Below are positions 9,059-17,594 of a DNA stretch of 64,000 nucleotides, piece by piece. Below the pieces are notes generated by a model. The model made no database searches. It worked only from the letters and a program-made list of their open reading frames with translations, and was not told the DNA's origin. Position 1 is the stretch's first letter, and each line of letters begins with the position of its first letter. The translations under genes were made by a program, and so were the position numbers. Origin of the DNA: a virus; IMG/VR virus record IMGVR_UViG_3300025617_000009, positions 1 to 64,000 of that record; one strand, written 5' to 3'.

Positions 9059-10486
9059 TTAATCAGTATCTAGATTGTTTAAAAACTGCTTGAGTTTGGT
9101 AGAACTTGCTTCTGCTTGTATCTTAGGCGCAGCTTTGCCTTCATCTGGAGTGTCACTAGATTGTATTGGTTTAGAACCTCCACGTTTGAGTGCATCTACA
9201 ATACTGTTGCTTCCGCTACTGCTAGTTGCTGTTGCCGGTGCATCTTCGTCTTCGCCTAGATCAAATATACGCAGTGTGTCTACATCAAAGCCTAGATCAA
9301 TCTTAGCACCTACGCCACTTGAACTACGTGTTTTCATCAACTGGATTTGATAGCGTCCACGTTCACGCATAGCACGACTTGTAAAGATACCAATCAAGTT
9401 ATCTGCTGTATTAATCTTAGATATACCGCCCGAGATGTGCGAATGATCAAATTCAATCTCTTCTACACTTGATCTGTTCAACTGACTTGCTGTAACAAAG
9501 ATACAGTTAAGTTCCATTGCCAAGTTACGTAGTTCTTCTGACACATACTTGTCTTTGACAAACAAGTTCTCTGCAGATATCTTTTGTCCAAGCGGGTGCA
9601 TAAGATCCAAGTAATCAATTAATAATACGTCTACTTTACGTCCTGTTTTAATTTCATATTCTTTTAGATAAGCTCTAACGTCATTAGCATTCTTGCCTGT
9701 AGGCATATATTTGACCTGGAAAGCACCTGACTTTTTACCGATCATGCGTACTTTCATTTCAACATCGTCGATGGTTTTAAAGATGTCTCTGCTAGGTATG
9801 TCTGTGGTCATCGAATCAAGGCGCATACTAACTAGATTTTCACTTAGCTCAAATGTCAAGTATAATACATTCTTACCTTGTAAACACCAGTTCACACCCA
9901 TGTTTGCCATAAACAAACTCTTACCAGAACCTGACCCACCTGCAAAGATATTCAGTTCGCCTCTGTTGAATCCGCCAAATAACTTACGATCTAAAGCAGG
10001 CCACCCTGTGCTCACTTGTCCGTTCTTGTCTTTGATTGCTTCGAGTCGAGCTCTAGGATCAGCAAAATAATCTGTACCTAGATCTTTTTGTAAGCCAATT
10101 TGTACAGCACTCTTAACAAGTTCTTCACAACGTCCATACTCACCTTTCTCTAATAGGTCTGCTGAGTCAAGGATTGCTTTCTCTAGTGCTTTGTGTTTGG
10201 CAAATGTTTCAAAGTCTTGTAGCAACCAGTCATAGTGATTCTCTGCTAGTTGTCCTGGGTCTTTCAAGTCTGTATTTGTAGAAGCATTAACAATTTCAAA
10301 TGTAGGTAATGCGTTATGCTCTTCTACATATGTTTTAATAAACTTAGCTGGTTCTTGTAAACGTCTATCAAATGTGTTAGGATCAAACACACCCTGACAG
10401 CGTACAAAGCTCTCAGCGTCTGTCATAAACATTTCTAGATATACTCGTTGTATGTCGTAACCGTAGTCTGTGTTCTGTCTTGTCAT
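9059..10486 (-). CDS. gp41: Replicative DnaB/gp41-like helicase
   Basis: Walker A GGSGSGKS, LIDYLD, TASQLNR, MKTRSS motifs; STGWPALD. Confidence 0.92.
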   Translation of the reverse strand: MTRQNTDYGYDIQRVYLEMFMTDAESFVRCQGVFDPNTFDRRLQEPAKFIKTYVEEHNALPTFEIVNASTNTDLKDPGQLAENHYDWLLQDFETFAKHKALEKAILDSADLLEKGEYGRCEELVKSAVQIGLQKDLGTDYFADPRARLEAIKDKNGQVSTGWPALDRKLFGGFNRGELNIFAGGSGSGKSLFMANMGVNWCLQGKNVLYLTFELSENLVSMRLDSMTTDIPSRDIFKTIDDVEMKVRMIGKKSGAFQVKYMPTGKNANDVRAYLKEYEIKTGRKVDVLLIDYLDLMHPLGQKISAENLFVKDKYVSEELRNLAMELNCIFVTASQLNRSSVEEIEFDHSHISGGISKINTADNLIGIFTSRAMRERGRYQIQLMKTRSSSGVGAKIDLGFDVDTLRIFDLGEDEDAPATATSSSGSNSIVDALKRGGSKPIQSSDTPDEGKAAPKIQAEASSTKLKQFLNNLDTD

Positions 10487-10492
10487 CTTATT

Positions 10493-10521
10493 ATTATATT
10501 ACCTATGCCATACTTTGTCAA
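10493..10521 (-). promoter_or_regulatory. sigma70-type promoter for the helicase (probably leaderless)
   Basis: TTGACA-17nt-TATAAT, then 6 nt to ATG 10486. Confidence 0.8.
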
Positions 10522-11464
10522 TGTTTGTAAACTGTTTTGATTTTGCCAATACTGCACCTATGCACGATCCAGGATCGCCCGGGTTCTTAGGTACATGTAC
10601 TGTTTCCCAGTAAGGGCGTATTTTATCTACGGCCCGACGGTTAAGAGCGCCGCCTCCTGCTAGGGCTAGATTATCTGCACCTGTGTACCAACTAGCCCAC
10701 ATACTTAATCCTTGTAGTGCGTCTTCAAACAAGTCCTGGGTAGTAGCCGCTAAACACCCTAAGGCCCGTTCACTGCTTATCCCTGGGCGTAACCAGTTGC
10801 ACCCTCTATGTAGATTTATCTTAAACCGCCAACTAGGGTCTGCATAGGTAGGCATCTTTTCTATGACCTCTGACATCATCATACTGCGAAAGTGGTCAGG
10901 GTCGTAACCTTCACCCATGCCCGCTACCATGTATTCATCTCGCTGTGCTACCAGCCCAAGGCGCTGTGTCATAGCAGAGTAAAATAATCCTGGGCTGTGA
11001 GGATATCCTTGGCTAAAGATTTTTTTAAGTTTGCCTTGTTGTCCGTGCCATATTGTAAGTGTTTCAAACTCGCCTATGCTATCTAAACAAATAATTGCAC
11101 AATCGTCATGCGGTTGTGTATAGTAAGCATACGCGGCATGACTATGATGATGTTGTGTATACATTATTTTGGGATTGCGTATACCACGTTCTTGAAAATA
11201 TCTTTCTATATCATTCTCTTTAAACAACCAGCCTTGTCCAGCCCATAACTGTCTAACACTTTTTAAGAACGGGCGTTCGTACCATATGATATAACTAGGA
11301 TAACCCCAGTGTTCTATAGCATAGTCTAGCAGTTCTTTGTTTAGGTGAGGGTCGTTGGGTATGCCTGAAAAATCTTTGGCAAGCCCTGCCCACACTAATG
11401 TGTCGTAACTGAATACAGCCAGACTAGCATCGTGACTGTTACCTACTGCTCCCCAAGTAATCAT
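10499..11464 (-). CDS. Carbamoyltransferase, NodU/CmcH family, N-terminal (Kae1-like) domain only
   Basis: HDAS, YERP, HHHSHAAYAYY, DSIGE, GLFYS, GGGALN, PGDPGSCIGA motifs; ends at 321 aa without the C-terminal domain. Confidence 0.85.
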   Translation of the reverse strand: MITWGAVGNSHDASLAVFSYDTLVWAGLAKDFSGIPNDPHLNKELLDYAIEHWGYPSYIIWYERPFLKSVRQLWAGQGWLFKENDIERYFQERGIRNPKIMYTQHHHSHAAYAYYTQPHDDCAIICLDSIGEFETLTIWHGQQGKLKKIFSQGYPHSPGLFYSAMTQRLGLVAQRDEYMVAGMGEGYDPDHFRSMMMSEVIEKMPTYADPSWRFKINLHRGCNWLRPGISSERALGCLAATTQDLFEDALQGLSMWASWYTGADNLALAGGGALNRRAVDKIRPYWETVHVPKNPGDPGSCIGAVLAKSKQFTNIDKVWHR

Positions 11465-11583
11465 TTGTAGATAAAAGGATCCCGTTTTTTAAGTTCGTCT
11501 AGTCGTTTTTTAAGTTCACGATGTTCCTTCCATTTTTTATACGGAAGTAGTATAAGTTCTTTAAGTTTTTTCAAATAAACCAT
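11461..11583 (-). CDS. 40-aa basic peptide ending KKRDPFIYK, coupled to the carbamoyltransferase
   Basis: Not in the ORF track. MVYLKKLKELILLPYKKWKEHRELKKRLDELKKRDPFIYK*; ATGA overlap with the carbamoyltransferase start; fills the gap after primase. Confidence 0.75.
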   Translation of the reverse strand: MVYLKKLKELILLPYKKWKEHRELKKRLDELKKRDPFIYK

Positions 11584-12554
11584 TTCTTTGCTCTCAGTCT
11601 AATTTTAAGTGGAGACTCTTCTGCTGAAGTTACAATACTATGTAAAGTATATAGTCTACCGTACTTATCTACAGCATCTCCTATATCATTAATGTCTTGA
11701 CGCCATTCGGGCATGCTCACTGACCATCCTAGTTCAATAGCTCGCTCTACAAGTTTGCTTCCTGCTTTATCTCTATCAGGAACTACAATAATCTGTTTTC
11801 CTAGTCTATTCAACAACATTGCTTGTTGATCTGATATTTCACTGCCGCCTAGGGCACAACCTTCAATGTGTATAGCATCTACCTGTCCTTCGCAGACAAT
11901 AGCAAATATCTTATTGTAGCCTTGATTATCTAAACCATATACAAAGCCAGGTTGTACTTCTGTGAGATACTTGGGCTTCTTGTCAGGTACTACACTTCGT
12001 CCTGTCCAACCTACTATGTTGCCTTCGTAGTAGAAAGGAATGATAAGTCTATCACGGTAACCTAGACTAGGCGACCAGTAATAGTCAGTGTCATCTACAT
12101 TCAAATGACGACTAGCCATGTACTCTAACACAGCCATTGAGTACTTGTCAAAGTCTGTAATGTCTGTAATCCTAACAGCATCCTCAGGCAGAGGCACAGG
12201 GCGGAATGAAGGTAGTTGGGCTATGCGTGTTTGTGCCTCTACTCCTTCGTTCTCCCTCATCACTTCCAACGCCACCTTATTGACTATGTCGTCAGGCGCT
12301 CCCATCCATTGTAGGAGTTTCCGTAACTTGTGAGAGAGATTACGCCCTGGTTGCCAACTTGCTTTAAAGCCACAGTTAAAGCAGTGGAAACTAACGCCGC
12401 CGTCTGGGTTTGATATGAGTCCGCCACGCTGTCTAGTATCTGCACTTGTACCATTATGGTGACAGCAAGGAGCATTAAAACTAATCCATCCACTAGGAGT
12501 AGTCTTACGCTTGGGCGGTAGATATGTCAGAACTGTGTCAGATACAATACTCAT
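11571..12554 (-). CDS. gp61: DNA primase (Zn finger + TOPRIM), gp61-like
   Basis: CCH...HCFNC zinc-binding region, RLIIPF, GWTGR, PKYL, CEGQVDA, PDRD, DIGDA. Confidence 0.88.
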   Translation of the reverse strand: MSIVSDTVLTYLPPKRKTTPSGWISFNAPCCHHNGTSADTRQRGGLISNPDGGVSFHCFNCGFKASWQPGRNLSHKLRKLLQWMGAPDDIVNKVALEVMRENEGVEAQTRIAQLPSFRPVPLPEDAVRITDITDFDKYSMAVLEYMASRHLNVDDTDYYWSPSLGYRDRLIIPFYYEGNIVGWTGRSVVPDKKPKYLTEVQPGFVYGLDNQGYNKIFAIVCEGQVDAIHIEGCALGGSEISDQQAMLLNRLGKQIIVVPDRDKAGSKLVERAIELGWSVSMPEWRQDINDIGDAVDKYGRLYTLHSIVTSAEESPLKIRLRAKKWFI

Positions 12555-12560
12555 AATAGT

Positions 12561-12589
12561 ATTATACTGTAACTTTTTTATAAAGTCAA
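12561..12589 (-). promoter_or_regulatory. sigma70-type promoter for primase (probably leaderless)
   Basis: TTGACT-17nt-TATAAT, then 6 nt to ATG 12554. Confidence 0.8.
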
Positions 12590-13366
12590 TTAGTTTCTTA
12601 CAAGAACTTTGGTTATTTTATTTTCAGGATCTGCATTAACACTTACACGTAGATAACTAAACACACCATTGAAGTTAAACATCTTATGTGTTTCTGTAGT
12701 TGTTACTACTTCTGTTTCCACATCAAACCATTTAGTAATACCTGTATCGATTTGATTCTCTAGTGTTCCCTGAATAGTGACTTCGCCGTCGAAGCCGTTA
12801 GTGTACACTAGTGCAGTATGTAGTGCTTCGTTACCGTTTAGTGCAGGTTGTGCTTCTACACTTTCTGATACCCACGTACCTTCAACTTCTTCTGAGAACT
12901 GCGTAATACTGTGTGCAGGTTTAGGCGCAGGCAAACTTTGTCCATCTAAATATATTGTGCCACGATTTTCAAAGTAACTATCGCTGTATGTTAATGTGTT
13001 TCCCGAGCTAGAGTTTAAATGTATGCTATAACTTAGATATTGTTGTTTGAGATTAAGCATGTCATTTTCTGTGATGGTTATTTTACATTTACCACGTGTT
13101 TCTGTAGTTCCTAAATCCAACACATCGCAGTCATGTTGAATAACAAGATTTTGATTCTCATCAAAAATCATAATCACAGGCGTATAGCCTTGAATGTCTA
13201 CAGGCTTTTGATCTGCATTTAAAACTCTATATTCTAATACATTATCGATGCCTTTAAAAATCTTTATCTGTCTTGTATACACTGATCTATACTCCGTGAT
13301 GAATCCTGCTTCATTAGCAATAATGTTGGTTTTATTTTTGACTAAATATCTAGGTGTTAATTGCAT
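12590..13366 (-). CDS. Putative structural protein with Ig/BppU-like beta domains
   Basis: IFKGIDNVLEYRVLNADQKPVDI beta-sandwich pattern; start reassigned to ATG 13366 (MQLTPR), 5 nt after TAAATA. Confidence 0.55.
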   Translation of the reverse strand: MQLTPRYLVKNKTNIIANEAGFITEYRSVYTRQIKIFKGIDNVLEYRVLNADQKPVDIQGYTPVIMIFDENQNLVIQHDCDVLDLGTTETRGKCKITITENDMLNLKQQYLSYSIHLNSSSGNTLTYSDSYFENRGTIYLDGQSLPAPKPAHSITQFSEEVEGTWVSESVEAQPALNGNEALHTALVYTNGFDGEVTIQGTLENQIDTGITKWFDVETEVVTTTETHKMFNFNGVFSYLRVSVNADPENKITKVLVRN

Positions 13367-13383
13367 AACACTATTTATCGGAC

Positions 13384-13755
13384 ATGTTAACAAAAGATAT
13401 TAAAGAAAATTTTCCATTTATTAGCGTAGTAACATATGGCGGCAACGAATATGTTGGAATCATCACGAATCAAGATCAATACGTAACTTGTATGTACAAC
13501 TATGCCTTTTTAAAAACTCAAGAAGAAAAGAAACTTTTATTAGATCTTGGAGAAATATGGTGGTGGGAAAGTAATCGTCTGATACCCATTAATATCTTTC
13601 TAAGGCAAGAATTAGAACCATTAGCATATTCTGTGTTAACTATGAATTCTAAAGATGTTGTTGTTAGTATAGGTCCTACAGTCAATTTAAATAACATGAC
13701 GTTAAAAAGAGTAAAAAGAAAATCTGTACAATTAATTAAAAAACCTAAAAATTAA
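13384..13755 (+). CDS. Hypothetical phage protein (WWWESNR motif)
   Basis: 123-aa ORF filling the gap between genes; plausible composition. Confidence 0.7.
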   Translation: MLTKDIKENFPFISVVTYGGNEYVGIITNQDQYVTCMYNYAFLKTQEEKKLLLDLGEIWWWESNRLIPINIFLRQELEPLAYSVLTMNSKDVVVSIGPTVNLNNMTLKRVKRKSVQLIKKPKN

Positions 13756-14470
13756 ATCTTCCACTTCTTTTATTAATATTATTTTTTGTAAACTTCTTAT
13801 CGCCGGCAGCATGTGTTAATATGCCTTTGACATGCTTGCTTTGGAAATACCCTCTACCTTTAACGTCCTTGTTTAAATCATTACACATCATATGTGTGCA
13901 ACATTCGGGCCATATATGTCCGTCCCAAGTTTTAGGTTTGTTCCATACTTCTCCGCTATCGTAGATACTTAACATGTTATCTACCAGTTGCTGTCTTTGT
14001 TCAGATGTGCCTGCTATAACAAATAATCCTGTTTCCCAATGAGTCATTCTATTTTGTATTTCTACGTGAACTGCTAGATCATATCCTGCAAGTAATAATT
14101 TGTCAATGTCTTTTTGTATAGGCTTGTGTGTTTGTGTGTCGGCATCTAGCCATATTACAGGTTCGTCCGTTTTTAATATTAGATCACAGATAGCATATAC
14201 CTTATGACTCCATCGCAAACCTTTTAGATATTTGTTTTTAGTTTTTTTATTTTGTTCAAGATTTATTAAAGACTCAGTTTTATTTTTAAACAACAAAAAA
14301 TTTTCTTGTTTGTCTAAATCAATGTTAATTATGCGGGCGTGATCTACTGGACAATCTTGATGATACACATATAGAGTACTGTCTTCAGGCCAGCACCGCG
14401 TCCAAGATTCTATAAACTTGTTAGCATAAACGTTCCAATGATCTTTGTGAAAACTGGTTATACATATCAT
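13745..14470 (-). CDS. GT-A glycosyltransferase (WLDAD), paralog of 21650 and 22408
   Basis: ITSF, SHKVYAI, WLDAD, ETGLF, WDG motifs. Confidence 0.72.
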   Translation of the reverse strand: MICITSFHKDHWNVYANKFIESWTRCWPEDSTLYVYHQDCPVDHARIINIDLDKQENFLLFKNKTESLINLEQNKKTKNKYLKGLRWSHKVYAICDLILKTDEPVIWLDADTQTHKPIQKDIDKLLLAGYDLAVHVEIQNRMTHWETGLFVIAGTSEQRQQLVDNMLSIYDSGEVWNKPKTWDGHIWPECCTHMMCNDLNKDVKGRGYFQSKHVKGILTHAAGDKKFTKNNINKRSGRFNF

Positions 14471-15033
14471 TGTAGCTCCTCACATAGTAAGTTCATATGC
14501 ACTACACAAGCCATTGCGTAAGACACAGCATGAGCTTTCTTGAAGTAGTATTCACCGTCCTCTGGTTTAATCCACACTTCCTTTCGTATAGTCGTCCACG
14601 GTTCGTTCATGAGGTGTCTTTTTGCCGGACGGATTATAGCGAGGACTGCTGCCAGATCCTCTACGCTTCGTGGCTTCAAACTGCGCAAGACGTCTCCGTG
14701 CCCCGAGAGATGAAATACGTTGTTTACGAAGTCGTCGTGTTCTAGAAGTTCCCATAATGGCTCCTTGTTCATCAACGCTAAGAGATGTTCTTCATCTCTT
14801 ATATCTTTATATATGCTAACATTGAGAAAGTCTAATTTAAAGTATCCGCGCTCTTCTGCACTTTTATAATCTATTGTACTTAAATTATCAACAGGGTTAT
14901 GTGGAATTTCTGTAACGTACACACCAGTGTTGTGTTTCTTTTCTGTGTCAAGTTTTGCAACACGATGATTTATTTTAGATAAAATTAAATCCCTGTCAGG
15001 GAAATCTATATCAATATCTGGAAGATCTATCAC
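14467..15033 (-). CDS. Miniature DNA polymerase III alpha (DnaE)-like catalytic protein
   Basis: PDIDIDF, KHNTGVYV, GYFKLDFL, LAIIRP, YYFKKAHAVSYA: the ordered DnaE palm/finger motifs in only 188 aa. Confidence 0.85.
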   Translation of the reverse strand: MIDLPDIDIDFPDRDLILSKINHRVAKLDTEKKHNTGVYVTEIPHNPVDNLSTIDYKSAEERGYFKLDFLNVSIYKDIRDEEHLLALMNKEPLWELLEHDDFVNNVFHLSGHGDVLRSLKPRSVEDLAAVLAIIRPAKRHLMNEPWTTIRKEVWIKPEDGEYYFKKAHAVSYAMACVVHMNLLCEELQ

Positions 15034-15779
15034 AGATTGGATTCCTTGGAAATATCTTTTACCAGTTGTACATCACTTGGACTTCGTTTAAAACGCAGTG
15101 CCCAATGTTCCGGGTTAATAACATGATAAACCATTTCTAGTTGTTCGTCATTAAATTTACTTAGCATTTCTTTTCCGCTTTTACAATTTAAAATAAGCCA
15201 CGGAGATATTTTGCCATCCTTGATATGCCATACTGCTCTGTTGAGACTTACATGCTGGAAATAATGATTCCACGGTGCAGGTTCGTTTTCTTCTGCCCAC
15301 TCCATCATTGTCTTTACACTTCTTTCTAATGCTGTTGTTACATCTTCTTTGAGAATAAATTCTAGTACATATTTTTCATATAAACTATCTTTTGCCCAGT
15401 GATCTAGTTTAACGCCACTAGTAACAACATAGTCTATGTATTTTTCTGGATACAACGGTTGCACATTATTAAGAAAACTACCAAACTTAACAAAAGCGTT
15501 GTAATACTGACTGTCAACAAAGTCAGCATAACTTTTTTCTTTCTTTGCTCCTGCGCTGAGAATATAGAATCTCTGGAAGGCGTATAAGCCGTATCTTACT
15601 CGCTTTTCATCTTTTTGTAGCCATCGTCTCTTTTTTTCACACATATGTGCCGCAAGAGTTTTTTCTCTTACATAACTTGTGCCGCAATATTCGCACTTGT
15701 ATTTTTTATCAGAGTTTGACGTCAATGTTATGTTCTTCAGCCAGTTGCTTGAGTTCTTTTTTTGTATATAGTCCAGCAA
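15030..15779 (-). CDS. Hypothetical protein with N-terminal C2HC zinc finger (true start probably near 15725)
   Basis: CEYC-x12-HMC; coupled by overlap to mini-DnaE. Confidence 0.7.
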   Translation of the reverse strand: MLDYIQKKNSSNWLKNITLTSNSDKKYKCEYCGTSYVREKTLAAHMCEKKRRWLQKDEKRVRYGLYAFQRFYILSAGAKKEKSYADFVDSQYYNAFVKFGSFLNNVQPLYPEKYIDYVVTSGVKLDHWAKDSLYEKYVLEFILKEDVTTALERSVKTMMEWAEENEPAPWNHYFQHVSLNRAVWHIKDGKISPWLILNCKSGKEMLSKFNDEQLEMVYHVINPEHWALRFKRSPSDVQLVKDISKESNL

Positions 15780-16161
15780 GTAGCTCTACCTCTTTCTGTT
15801 TCATGTTAGGATGGATTTGTTCTAGTAGTTTTACTGCTTTGTTATTGTCAGCAGTTGCTTTCTTTTTGAAGCCTTGCCAAGGATGATATTCTATCTTACC
15901 TGTAGCACCACTCATACAAAGCAGTTGCCATTGTAATTGAGGATGCTTGCTTACTTCCATGTAGTTTTTATTAAAGTATTCATTGGTTTTAAACACAGCA
16001 AGTTCTTGTGCTTCTCTGTTGCCGCTGACATTACTAACATATCTATTCAGCAACCAAAAACTTACTTGTTTCTTTTCTTCGTCGCTTAGTTCCTTCCAAA
16101 CAGATTTTGCACCCATGTCTATTGCCGCTAGTATGTCTTTGATTGGAAGTTTATTTGCCAT
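15709..16161 (-). CDS. Clamp loader small subunit, gp62-like
   Basis: FWLLNRYVS...N...KHPQLQWQLL...HPWQGFKKK pattern and length resemble the T4 gp62 family. Confidence 0.6.
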   Translation of the reverse strand: MANKLPIKDILAAIDMGAKSVWKELSDEEKKQVSFWLLNRYVSNVSGNREAQELAVFKTNEYFNKNYMEVSKHPQLQWQLLCMSGATGKIEYHPWQGFKKKATADNNKAVKLLEQIHPNMKQKEVELLAGLYTKKELKQLAEEHNIDVKL

Positions 16162-16537
16162 CTATGTATTTCCACACTGAATCTGTTTCTAATCTGTAAC
16201 TACCTGCAAACTTATATCTATCCCATCTATCAGGTTCTATTAAACTTAGTATATACTCATTGCCGGTATAATACAAGTGATACGTTTGTCCAACAATAGG
16301 AACAAAGTTAAATCGTGCTTGATAAACTAGTTGAGTATCTTCTGCTAATTTTGCTAATCTAAAATACTCTTGTTTGATTTCTTCTAGTTTGCTTTCTAAA
16401 TGATGTTTAGCTTCGATTCCTCGTCCTGTTTTGAATCCGCCTACATCAGGTAATACAATAGCAGGAGCACTTACATTACTTCCGTAAGGTAAAATATTTG
16501 CGTCTTCTGCAAAGTTGTCAGGACGTTTATTTGCCAT
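16151..16537 (-). CDS. DUF2452-like protein
   Basis: LPYGSNVSAP and FVPIVGQTYHLY...LSLIEP motifs. Confidence 0.7.
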   Translation of the reverse strand: MANKRPDNFAEDANILPYGSNVSAPAIVLPDVGGFKTGRGIEAKHHLESKLEEIKQEYFRLAKLAEDTQLVYQARFNFVPIVGQTYHLYYTGNEYILSLIEPDRWDRYKFAGSYRLETDSVWKYIDGK

Positions 16538-16784
16538 CTTTTATAATATAGTATAGTTCGACAGTTTTGTCAAGTTGCTTTTTAAGAGTAGGATGTTGCT
16601 CTGCTAGATCACATAACTTTTCCCATTCTCCCCAATGTAGTAGTTTGCCTTGGGCTCTTGCTACACCTCTAGGATCCCCGCCTATTATCCAGCGGGGTAT
16701 CTCTGGTTTGTCTCGATAACGAGCGTAGACAACACCGTCATGACGCTCATATATCAACGGCTCGCCTGGAAGCAGTTTAGCCAT
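16527..16784 (-). CDS. Hypothetical protein
   Basis: MAKLLPGEPLIYER...; start chosen at ATG 16784 overlapping the upstream gene end. Confidence 0.65.
   Translation of the reverse strand: MAKLLPGEPLIYERHDGVVYARYRDKPEIPRWIIGGDPRGVARAQGKLLHWGEWEKLCDLAEQHPTLKKQLDKTVELYYIIKDGK
16545..16573 (-). promoter_or_regulatory. sigma70-type promoter
   Basis: TTGACA-17nt-TATATT, then 7 nt to ATG 16537. Confidence 0.6.
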
Positions 16785-17583
16785 TATTAATAGCAGCAAT
16801 AATGTCTGCTTTCTTCATGCTAGCATTAACTTTAATGCCTTTTGATTTAGCATGAGCTAACAAATCATTTTTTGACATGCTATCTAAGTCTGCAGATTTG
16901 GTTGCTTGCTTAGTTGCTTTAGTCGATGTCTTAACAGGAGCTCGTGCCTCTTTAATGGACACAGGTGCTTCTGACGCTGATATAGCATCTTCGCCTAGGC
17001 GTCCTGCAATAGTACGTAACAAAATACCATACATAGGCAGGAAGATAACAAGACCTACAATAATTTTTAATACAGTCTGTGATCCTGCAATCTCAAACCA
17101 ATGCTCCGCCATATACGGATCTGCTGAGTTATTAAATGCAACAGCAAAGAACGTGTAACTATCAATGATGTTTGCTACAATAGTTGACAGTGCAGGCGCC
17201 GCCCACCATGCTTTGTAGTTTTCACGAATCCATTGGAACACATACACGTCAAGGAATGTACCTACTGCGTATGCTGTTGCACTTGCAAAGCCAATACGTA
17301 GTGCTACACTTTCAGGTGCACCTTCTGCTAATACTACAGCAATACTGCCAATAATAGCAAACGGATATGCGGCGGCAATAGTTGCTCGTGCAATACCTTT
17401 ACCTAGTAAGCGAACTGTTAAGTCAGTTGCAATAATAACAAGCGGGAATGTAAACGCCGCCCAAGTTAGTTTAACGCCAAAAAACTCAACTGGAATGTTG
17501 ACTAATGCGTTCGATACTGTGATAACAACTACATGAAGTAGTGCTAGTTTTAGCATCATTACTTTATCTATGTCTTTAAACAT
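16777..17583 (-). CDS. yhhQ: preQ0/preQ1 transporter (YhhQ/Vut_1) with C-terminal HeH/Rho-N-like extension
   Basis: SNALV, TWAAFTFP...TDLTVR, RIGFASATAY...LDVYVF, WWAAPALST...IDSYTFF; multiple transmembrane segments; tail LDSMSKNDLLAHAKSKGI...MKKADII. Confidence 0.88.
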   Translation of the reverse strand: MFKDIDKVMMLKLALLHVVVITVSNALVNIPVEFFGVKLTWAAFTFPLVIIATDLTVRLLGKGIARATIAAAYPFAIIGSIAVVLAEGAPESVALRIGFASATAYAVGTFLDVYVFQWIRENYKAWWAAPALSTIVANIIDSYTFFAVAFNNSADPYMAEHWFEIAGSQTVLKIIVGLVIFLPMYGILLRTIAGRLGEDAISASEAPVSIKEARAPVKTSTKATKQATKSADLDSMSKNDLLAHAKSKGIKVNASMKKADIIAAINNG

Positions 17584-17594
17584 ATTTTCTCCTT

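Noticed and set aside
12284-12493. 69-aa alternative-frame ORF inside primase
   Set aside because: No SD and typical off-frame composition; unlike 14567-14755 it has no supporting signal
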